A DNA stretch of 63,989 nt, filler included, from Phoronis australis (Eukaryota; Animalia; Phoronida), in assembly GCA_002633005.1 (NCBI GenBank). It is 6 parts of 6 records of this genome, joined end to end, with 100 filler letters (N's around TTAATTAATTAA, not from the genome) between each part and the next. Parts side by side here need not be neighbours in the genome. Positions count along the whole stretch, not along the records: positions 44,276 to 55,300 come from NMRA01000694.1; positions 55,401 to 59,629 come from NMRA01002657.1; positions 59,730 to 62,799 come from NMRA01003245.1; positions 62,900 to 63,989 come from NMRA01000075.1; 2 more parts are not named here. One strand, written 5' to 3'. Of the stretch, positions 54,301 to 63,989 are shown one piece after another. The position numbers and the translations under genes are program-made. Numbering within the stretch: position 1 is the first letter of the stretch; every line of letters begins with the position of its first letter. The notes beneath the pieces are model-generated. The model was not told where the DNA came from and did not search any database. It worked only from the letters and a program-made list of their open reading frames with translations.

Positions 54301-54857
54301 GTGTTCACATTAATTTACAAACACAGCGAGCTGAGGACACCTCAGATAATCCAGCGGTGTGGTCCAGTTGCATTGGGTCCCGCAATAGTTTGTTAGCCCC
54401 AGGTTTTACCCACGTAACATTGTCACGCCTCTTTTTGAAACTGATGTTAGAATGCTTCTGATTTATCAATTTACTTTATCCAACTAATGCCCTACTTATA
54501 TGATGTTATTTGCGTTGAGACAGATATTCATTATGTTAAGTGACTTGTTCCACCACGTAGCAACAGTTTCTCATAAGCTCAGCTGTAGGGCGTCTTACTA
54601 CGTCATTAATATAGAGAGAATAAACATCAAACAAAGTTGGCAGTCAGTACTCCATCAATTCCCCTGGAGTACGTAATCAAGTCTTTTTTATTTGAATTAA
54701 CACTTATCTATTTCATTTTAAATTTATTGATACCGAGACGCAAAATGACAGCTTCTGGTGATCATTTATTTGTGAAGGTGTTGCATTGTATGTTGGTAAC
54801 ATACTCAGATATTGTGTAGAAATATAATATCTTTTTCAGTAAGGCATGGAAAGATGT

Positions 54858-55188
54858 TGCGAACAATTTGTCCTGTCAGCACGTCATCTTTTTGATCACA
54901 TCACGTCACCTAATGACTATAAGTCCAAAGAGATTTCTGCCCCCGACCAGGACTTGAACCCAGGACCTTCTGCTAACCGTGCAGACGCTCTAGCCACTGA
55001 GCCATCAGATTGGATTTCTGGGTTTGACCAGTGGTCCCAATGGCTCAGTGGTTAGAACGTCTGCACGGTTAGCAGAAGGTCCTCCGGGTTGAGTCCTGGT
55101 GTTGCGCCGAAATCTTTTCGTACTTGCATTCATTAGGTCACGTGATGTGACCAAAAAGATGCCGTGCTGACAGGACAAATTGTTCGCA
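54858..55188. mobile_element. Palindromic element made of two divergent tRNA-derived (Pol III A/B box) units
   Basis: About 150-bp arms in inverted orientation. Each holds TGGCTCAGTGG (A box), a tctgc-acggtta-gcaga stem-loop and a B-box-like GGTTCAAGTCC / GGTTGAGTCC, followed by a shared non-tRNA tail ending ...gacaggacaaattgttcgca. Confidence 0.75.
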
Positions 55189-56053
55189 TACTGAGATATT
55201 CTTGCTGCACTCCACCAAAAATTTTCATGAGGGTCAGCCCTCTCAGCGAGCGACCGCTTCGCTATCCCAGTTGCCCGCTGTCGCTCATGACAAAGCCGTC
55301 NNNNNNNNNNNNNNNNNNNNNNNNNNNNNNNNNNNNNNNNNNNNTTAATTAATTAANNNNNNNNNNNNNNNNNNNNNNNNNNNNNNNNNNNNNNNNNNNN
55401 ATATATAGCAATCACTGAATAGTGGGTTCCTTTAACAGAGGATGAAACTGGTACTCTTTAAATCAGAGACGGCTGGCGCTATATCCGACCATTATTAAAC
55501 ACATGAGGCTTTCAGTATACAGTCTGTAGGGAGATCGCTCTCCCCTACACTGTACCCGACTACAGCTCAACTACCACCGTCTCTAGTACTAGCCTAGTAG
55601 TAGGCGTCTAGCTGGACATTGCCGTTATTCAGTGAAAACTGGTTCTCGACAGTTATTTTGAAGAGGGAATCGTTAACTCCACTTTTATATAGGAGCTTCA
55701 CCGTCTCTACTGGGGCCAGCTAGAGATGGTGGTCACTGTCTACGGCTCAACGCGTTGTGTACCATAACGTTTAGCAGTTAGGGGCATCGCCATCGGATTT
55801 GACACTGACCGAGATAACCTAGGTGTAAACAACTAGTGTGATGCACTCACAGAGCCAAAGACCGTCTCATGCTTCCGATACACCAAAGCTTTACCTTTGA
55901 CGCGCTCTCCAATTCACTGTCGTGGACCAATTAAACATACCAGCTAACAGGTCAAAACTACTATCAATCAAACTGTCGGACACCGAAATTTGTAAACATG
56001 GCGAGAAAATGTGCCAAGGTAATGGTAATGTTATTACAGTTTCACGGGCATCG

Positions 56054-56200
56054 GCGTGCGTTCAGTAACGCTAGGACCTATGCTAGGATCTAGCTAAAAT
56101 CTAGCCAAAGTCACGTGCTGTTATTTGAAATACACGGCAATTTCTCGCGAAATCTCACGATGTCTTGCTTTTTAGCGAGGTCCTAGCCTTACTGAACGGG
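56054..56200. mobile_element. Second copy of the ttcagtaacgctagg MITE
   Basis: Reverse-complement match to 15601-15750. Confidence 0.7.
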
Positions 56201-57854
56201 GACAAGTCCCCGTTCACAACAGGTAGCAATGATCTAACTACGTTTGTCATCACTGCCCATTGATTGCATCGAATAGAACAGCGGGGAGTGAGTCTCTTGT
56301 CACGTGACGTTTGTATTTCCCGCCAATGAGATTCAACTGAATATTGCTATTCAAACCAGAAAACCAATGCAATTGAGTCAAGAGAGACGTGCGATCGCTA
56401 CTCTCATTATATACGAAATCTCATTACTACTACGGGATCTATTTTTATTGTGTGGAGTGCACCTCAACAAGTGAGCCGCCGTGCATGGTATTACACCTTC
56501 TGTGGATCCATTACCTAGTAAGTGCTATATGCTTGTATAACTTTGTTAAGTCGGAGTTGATTTTTATGAAAGTTGTCAGGAAAACTCTGATGATTGACTA
56601 GAAAAAAAACACGATGCTGCCCTTAAGCTCTGGCTGCAGGTCGCTGCTTGGAAAGGGGGTGTTTGGGGTGTGACCCTCAACAATTGCCCACTAGACTCTG
56701 AGAAAAAAAGTTGGGCAATGATGGAAAACTGAAAGCTGAGGAAAGAGTTCAATCAAGGGAGAGTTTTGAAACGTGTGGTTGCACGTGGAATTTGTATGCG
56801 TTCGTGATAAATTTACCTTTCTCTTTAATTGCGGTTTTTCTTACCAACAACTCAAGATCGCCGGATGAGCCCGTATGTTTTTACACCCGCCCCACCCGCA
56901 ATTCATCATTGACACTGAGCTAAACAATGCGGCCAGCTTAAGATGCAACTTTGTTAGTGATCGCTGTGTAGTTGAAGCGATAGTTTTCTTTCAAAATATA
57001 CACTTGAGTTCCTGCAAAATGGCAGTAGGTTACACATTTCTTGATGCTGGAAATGGTTTAAGTTCAATTTCTTTCAGTAAGTATACCTTGGATTAACCAA
57101 CTGCCGTCGAAGAACATGCAACTTTCATTCTAATGACTTAAGCATAATGTTATTGCACTGTTGATTAACCTTAAAAGGTTACGTTGCTGTTATGAAGGAA
57201 CTTTTGTGAAATTTGGAGTATTTTACTTATCTGAAATGTTCAACCCGTTTAATCGCTTTTGTAAAAAAGATATTAAGACCCTTCAATTAGGCCAGACTAG
57301 ACAGTCCAATAAAGGGTTCCATCACAGGCAAACCGTGAACCACCACCATGGTTTTCAAGTGTTTGTTTTTGCTGCCATAAATCGTGGAATTTTATTGAAA
57401 GTCATGTCTAGAATACTAATTGTTATCGCTGGAGATACAGCATTCTAAAGGTTTAAATGGTCCTTTATTACTAAAGTGTTATTCGTGCTAAAACTTCTCG
57501 AGTCCGAAATATATGAAAGATAAAGGCAAAAATGCAAAAAAGTGACGTCCTACTCAAACCTTTTTGTAGAGGAACGATAAAAACAAGAAATAATTCAACA
57601 AAGTAAAGTCGCTGATAACACATTTCCGTTATGATGTCCCGATGGCGAAAAAAGCCACCCAGGACAAAATCGTAAACAGACAAAAATGTTTAAATACATC
57701 ATGTCACGACGACAATTTATCATTTTTAGTTAAAGTCTAGTAACCATCGTGTGCCATATTTTTGCAATGAGATGCTGCCCGGCGGTAAAATCTCAATGAT
57801 CATGCCCAGTGGACACCATTTACTTTCACTGGAACCTGATCAGCAACCCTGATT

Positions 57855-59221
57855 CAGGGCTCGACGCTATGATAATCGCCAGGTCGCATTTTGCGACCAA
57901 CCCAAAATCCTAGGTCGCATTTTTAAAATCCAGATCGGATTTATAAATTCCAGGTCGCGAAAATTTCCCGCCATATTTACGGACCAGAATTGGTTTTTAG
58001 GTCATCAGAAAATGCTTAAATTATGCTCTTATGACGTTAAGTACTAAGAAATTTCATGCCGTAAAATTGAGTTCTTACAAGCACATCATGCATGCACCGC
58101 GTTACCGTTCTTCACTACCGCCATCCAGTGAAACCTTCTGGAGCGCGAGGCAGTTGCCGACGTGAAACTTAAATCAGTGCTCTCTAACCGACACATGCAA
58201 TCGATTAGCTAAATGTGCAACGTGAAAAAGGAGAAAATACTCGTTGAAAAAGTATCTGCGAATTTTCTAAGGCTGACTTGCTACATGACTGTCATCAAAG
58301 TCGTTAAAGATCCAAAGATTGATAACTCTGAGTGCAAATTCCTTCCATTTGTTCGCAGGCCAAACTTTGCTGAAACTTGACGTTTGAAAAAACCTTACAG
58401 TCGGAAGATATCCGTGGAAGGTTGCCCTACTCGCTGAATGACCTATTGATACGCGGAAACAATTCACTGCAAATTTCACAACAAAAAATGTAGGACTTTT
58501 GCTGTTTACGTAGTCAAAATTAGTTTTTCATGAAATAAATGCCTCGAAATGACTCCCGACGGTTTGGGTTTCTTTTAATCTCACGAAAGCGCGTAAAGGC
58601 ATGCCCGTCGTTTGGCGATTAATTCGGTTGTCATTTTCACGTTCGCTGTTTTTCGCGATATAAAACGAGACGTACTTTTTCAAGTCACGGGACCGCTTTC
58701 CGGCGCTAACAGTGGAACCGACCAGTGCCGCAGTGCGATCAGGCATATTGCTGTGGGTGTTGCCGTAATTTGATATCAAGGACATCTTACATGAAAAATA
58801 AATGTTTTTCCACCACTAAGCTTGGTAAATTCGTCGTAGAAACACCGCTGCTTTCTGGCGTTTTATCGCGTCTTATTTCGAGATTAGAAACTTTCTTCGG
58901 CACATCCGGAAATTTGCAAAAATCCGAAACTATTGGTTAATAAAATGTGTCAAAGACCAATTCTGTATTCCCTTGTTCACGTGACAGGTTTACAAGCCAT
59001 CGGGACGGCTGTTCTCAATGAGTGTTCTTTTGAACTTGATTGGGCAACAACCAAATAACGGTCGGAATCATTTCCCAGGTATCTCCCGCGAAGTTTAAAA
59101 ACTCAGCGCGCATACATGTACGTTGGAAATTCCAGGTCGCATTTTGCGACTTAATGCGAGCTGGCCAAAATTTCAGCTCGCATTTCCAAATGCGACCTGC
59201 AGCTCCGTTATGTCTAGCCCG
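57855..59221 (+). mobile_element. hAT-like non-autonomous DNA transposon (CAGGGCTCGAC termini), near-complete copy
   Basis: Starts cagggctcgac, ends gtctagcccg (degenerate TIR). Subterminal ggtcgcattttgcgac palindromes at both ends. Homologous ends at 4468-4760 and 27678-27899. No clean TSD seen. Confidence 0.65.
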
Positions 59222-60351
59222 TTTTTAGAACCAATTGCTGTTTTCATAGTTTCCTCTGCCTAATGTTTCACTCATTTTTCGCATTATTTCACTGCTCCAT
59301 GACATATTTCATGTTGTTTGCAAAGCGCACAGTAATTTGCCTAGTAAGGAGCACAAATTGCTGATGAAACAGTAGCACACTCAAACCTTCAGTAATCATT
59401 GAGCCTTCTTGATTTTTTTCTGAATCTTGCATCACCCTAACGATATCCTCGGACCCGCCGCTAATGCAGCGAAACTGAGAACTCTTATGACCCCGGCTAT
59501 GGACTTCGGCTGACCGGAAAAATACGATTTTCATGATACGGGGATTTTCAGTAGATAAGCCCATGCGCGTGTATTCGGAAAATGACAATTTTCAGACGTT
59601 CAGTAACACCAAATAAACGCCCGGGCGTTNNNNNNNNNNNNNNNNNNNNNNNNNNNNNNNNNNNNNNNNNNNNTTAATTAATTAANNNNNNNNNNNNNNN
59701 NNNNNNNNNNNNNNNNNNNNNNNNNNNNNGTTTCATAGACGCTATAAATGTAGAGGAACTGTTCACACTTAACGTTCCAATTCGCTTGCTTCGTGCCTAG
59801 TCACTCACTGCCACTGGCACCAAAAACTGAAAAAGTTTGAAAGTTTATGAAACTCTTCTGCCATTCTTTCTCTGGCCGGCTTCTGTAGATTTTTGAGTCG
59901 AGGCTCAACTGTTGAGCCGGTTGTACTATTTCAGATTCCTAATGCAAACCATTTGTTGGAAAAGCATGGGCGCCAGGAGTCGCCTAGCCCGGCCTTCCCC
60001 ATCCGCCCATGATGACTGAGACAGCTCATCGCCCCCAGCCCCCTGCCGTGGTCCTATCTATATGGACTATGGTGTGCCGCTCATGAAAATTTGTCATTTT
60101 GTAGACATTTTTTCAGCTGACAAAGGCACCCTTTTGTAAAGAAACTCGGGTGGGGTGAAAATGTCAAACTCCGTCGAGCCTCCCCGGCTGTGTACCCCAG
60201 CCAGAGTCAAGTCAGTGGGAGTACCCCCCGGAGAATTCACAGGCACATGTGAAGTAACTCCTCTGATGTGAGTGATAAAAAGTCCCGACCATTCCACATT
60301 TGTTTATATTTTAATATTTCTTTATTTTTTTACATATTCTCTTTACTTCAG

Positions 60352-62755
60352 TTTTTTGGCAGTAGTACCCAAGAAATGACTTTAGTGTTACACGAGTCCT
60401 CCAACTTCATTATAAATAGTGGAACATCAATTTTGGTAAGTACTGTATTTTTCTGATCGTGGAACAATGGCTCATGTGTTTTTAACCAGCAACCGTAGCA
60501 CTATTCAGAACGATCAGACAATAATGGCACGTAAGCCATACTCAGTTCTTATGCTTTCTATTTGGTATAATGCAATGAAGCCATTAGTCTTTTGTGTAGA
60601 GTTATTATTAGTGGGCATACAAGCAAACCAAGAGATCTTATTAGAGTATGGTAAAATTCAACTCAGTATCTGAAGAGCCGAATGCAAAGAAATAGTCAAA
60701 CAAACATACCGTTGAACTTGAAGCAAAAATCCAGCTTTTGCAGGTCGACTTACACAAGTTTTACTCAGTGTGTTAAACTACATAAGGCACTAACCATTGA
60801 TCAAAAATGGCATCAAGATTTTCGCGCTGTTTATTACAAGGTAAACCTCAGTCTACACAATGCCCGATCGTGGATGAGAGGTGTTTACAAAGGAGATAGC
60901 TGTCTCTTTCTCTGCCGAGTCAAAGTAAGTGCATTCTAGTTGTATATTACTTCCCTTTTACAAATAGTCACTTTTTGTTGGAAAATTTCGTCCGTCACCA
61001 CATATATTTGGACCAAATGGGATTTGGAAAACAGTGTACAGATTATACTGAAGCTGAAATCACAAATATGAATTCATTGCTTTTGAACAACCCGTTTTAA
61101 AGAATTACCATGATCTCTGCTACAAACAATTGACCACACAATTTTAACTATTATTCTTTTAATTTTTTCAACCAAGAATGAAATGAGGAAATTTCGGGTC
61201 CAGTTTGCAAGTGAAAGAAACAAGAGTAGCTGTGAAGCCTGCCGTGACTGTTGTGAAATTTTATCCAAAATCTTCCACGTCAAAAACTGCTCGGACACTA
61301 ACCACAAGGTAATTTGTTTGTGTGTATAAAATCATGTATAATGGCAAGCTAAATGGCCCAACTAATTCAACCAGCTACAAGTGTAAACAGATAGATTTTT
61401 CACACTCTATACATTTAGACATTTATTGGCAGTTAACATTTGCACTACAACAGTTTGTCTATCACATGTTGTTGCCTGCTGGGTGTTCTGTACCCCAGCT
61501 GTACTACTGTTTTAACACTAATCGTCTTGAAAACTGTCATGGTGTAATGCCATGGTGATCAAATGTCAGTCAAATAACGAATGTTTTAGGAAAAAATATT
61601 GTATAGCAATTATTTACACCAAATTTTCTGTATTAATTTCATGAAAAATGGTCTCCAGTGATTTTGGGAACACCTTAAGAGAGCTTTGTCTCATGAATAT
61701 ATTATGGCAACATTTTGTCTTTTATAAATTCTTATAAAGTTGTACTTTACAAATTTTATGTAATATCTCTCTCTTAAGGCAGTGACAATGTATCGGGGAA
61801 ACCTTCACAGTTAGTATGCTGATATGTGAGAAACATCTGAACTAATTCACAACATGTTACTTTACTTTTTTGTGTGAAGTAAAAGAGCTGGTACTTAGTC
61901 GGTAAGATATATTTTTGGTACATTTGAAACTTTGCTTAATAATACGCTGCAAAAAGGAGACTTTCTACATGAAATGATTACCTTTTTGGCTAAAGTTCTT
62001 CTGATTATATTTTCATAGGACAAAACCAAAGACATGGTGTTCACAGACAGTATGTCAATAGGAGAAATGACACAGGTAAAGTATACCTCAGTTGAGTCTT
62101 TTCATTTATTTTCTGACAGTTGAATTTTTCATTCTTACAAGCTTCACATGGTGCCCAGGACAAGTGAAGTCAACTGAATTTCAGTTTCAACACAAAAAAT
62201 TAACCTAACTTACGTCAAAATACCTTAAGCACACATTCACAATTGGCACATTTGGAAACTAATTACGACTTATGTAAAATTTAGGAAATGAATTAAACAT
62301 TTGGCATGTATGTGAAAATTTTACGCCATGACCAAAACTCGAAAGGTCAGTGGCGGGTTTGTGTCTATTGGGCCAGTTCACACAATTGAGCAGATCACAT
62401 CTTTGACAGTTAATTGCTTATTAAAAGGTTTCCCCCCCTCACAATTACCCAACATATTTGACTCAGCCTACTTGGTGTGTACATGACTTGAGTAAGTGTG
62501 TGTCGGGTATGTGACACTTATTAACTTAACCATGATCTTTCACCGTTTCTACCCGTCTAGGTGTTGACAGGTTCCCTGACAGCCAGTCTACCATTGGCAT
62601 ATCAACAGACCAACATACCAACCCAGGAGTTGAGTAAGATAGTCAGACTGTGTCTAACAGACTCTAATTTTCCTGCATTTGTGGCAGAAGTACAACGAGA
62701 ACTGGACACCATCAGTAAAGGCAAAAGCACTGAAGAGAATGGCTTGATTTCATAA
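60352..62755 (+). CDS. REC114: Meiotic recombination protein REC114, 5'-partial
   Basis: Exons 60352-60435, 60841-60924, 61177-61308, 62019-62075, 62561-62755 (TAA), all phase 0. Peptides LVLHESSNFIINSGTSIL, SLHNARSWMRGVYKGDSCLFLC, MRKFRVQFASERNKSSCEACRDCCEIL (PH-like domain) and LPLAYQQTNIPTQELSKIVRLCLTDSNFPAFVAEVQREL (C-terminal MEI4-binding motif) match REC114 as recalled. Confidence 0.88.
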
Positions 62756-63788
62756 ACATGTATTATAAATTATTGGTGGTCAAAACTTTTACAGCGCAAN
62801 NNNNNNNNNNNNNNNNNNNNNNNNNNNNNNNNNNNNNNNNNNNTTAATTAATTAANNNNNNNNNNNNNNNNNNNNNNNNNNNNNNNNNNNNNNNNNNNNG
62901 GCGGACCTTTTAGCCCAATTTGCCAAATTGTGGGGGGGGGGGCTCGTTGGAGCCCCCCCTCCAGGTGCGCCCATGTATTCGGCCCCAAAATCAAGGGATT
63001 GAGGGCCCTAAAATATTATTCAGAGACTATGATACGTTTGCATTTCGGCGGCCGAAAAATGCAGGGTAAAGTAAATGTCAGTTTGTTACTTCATGACTTT
63101 TATATTCACTACTCTGCACCATTTCGCTTTGTTTTGCTAGTCACAAGTTATGTTACGGTGCGTTTCGGACCTAAATGTCTTAGCCGGCGTACACTGTACC
63201 CTCACGAGACCCGGTGATAGGAGAAATCCCTGCATTATCTTTTTAGGACAACACCATGTGAATGGCCTTCTCCGCCGTAAGTCGGGAATAGGGAAGAATT
63301 CTGCCCAATTATTTTAATGTCAACATCATTTAAATGCCAATGAGACCGGCGTACACACGCAGTAGCTCTGGTAAAGGGACCCTGCGTCTTTTCTTATACC
63401 TGCACTGCACTCATGACAAGAGCCTGTGCATGAAATGAAAAATAAAAAATTGGTCCATGTAATTATCGCACCCATACGATCACGTTTCATATTGGAATAG
63501 CCCAGTGCTATGAAATCATCAATCCATACGACAGGATTTGGGGGAAGATGCAGAAGACTCTCTTCAATATATTCACTAATATCCTTTCATGAATAAGTTT
63601 AGTACCACACTGCCCTTGTCGTAATACTACGCCACTTTAAATAAAGGCCACCGTGACAAAGTCAGTGAACTCAAAGGAGAGAATGTAAATGACAGTAAAC
63701 ATTTTAATATTCAATTACAATCAGGACTGGTAACATGATAACAATATCATTAGGACTGCATTAAATTAACGTGCACCAACGAGTTTTC

Positions 63789-63989
63789 TTATACCACATA
63801 CTGGTCGATAATATTCGTTATAATATCATGGAAGGCGTTCCCGTCATGCCGTTTTCACCACATATATTCATGTAGGTACGTTTCCAAAAGTGATCCCTCC
63901 TTCCGTGTTCCTGCCGTTCTTTTGAACTTTCGCTTCACGTTCCGCCAGAGCCCCTCGATGTTATTGGTGTGGCAGGTGGAGTCCGCCTG
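63789..63989 (-). pseudogene. C-terminus of a Merlin (IS1016/ISXO2-like, IS1595 family) DDE transposase with an internal stop
   Basis: Minus-strand translation QADSTCHTNNIEGLWRNVKRKFKRTAGTRKEGSLLETYLHEYMW*KRHDGNAFHDIITNIIDQYVV* contains the HTNxIEGxW and YLxEYMWR signatures. TGA at 63855-63857 sits where Arg (CGA) is expected. Continues beyond the window edge. Confidence 0.85.

Noticed and set aside
55034-55108. Functional tRNA gene
   Set aside because: The anticodon loop lacks the conserved U33 and purine 37, acceptor pairing is poor and the T-arm is altered. Treated as a tRNA-derived repeat.

Overview
Eukaryotic, AT-rich and intron-rich genomic DNA from a bilaterian invertebrate (probably a lophotrochozoan; this is an inference). 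It is a draft assembly joined by five artificial N-TTAATTAATTAA-N linkers plus two single-n collapsed gaps. Genes: the 3' part of a WDR62/MAPKBP1-family WD40 gene (+, 15 exons traced, 1120-21022); the last exon of an uncharacterised multi-pass membrane protein (-, 26433-27040); the N-terminal/central part of TUBGCP6 (-, 14 exons traced, 29180-42009); and meiotic REC114 (+, 5 exons, 60352-62755). Mobile DNA: a Kolobok-like element with a THAP remnant in the WDR62/MAPKBP1 3' region, a decayed CR1-group LINE with a 2A-like StopGo peptide before its endonuclease, a Helentron-type (HINE/DINE-1-like) element whose core repeats form a co-oriented array of CTCF-consensus motifs, a hAT-like family in three copies, several MITEs, a back-to-back inverted pair of tRNA-derived Pol III units, and the C-terminus of a Merlin (IS1016/ISXO2-like) transposase at the right edge that the ORF track misses. 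The most unusual patterns are the recurrent tandem duplications anchored on real splice sites or a stop codon, the TE-borne CTCF motif array, the tRNA palindrome and the 2A-LINE.
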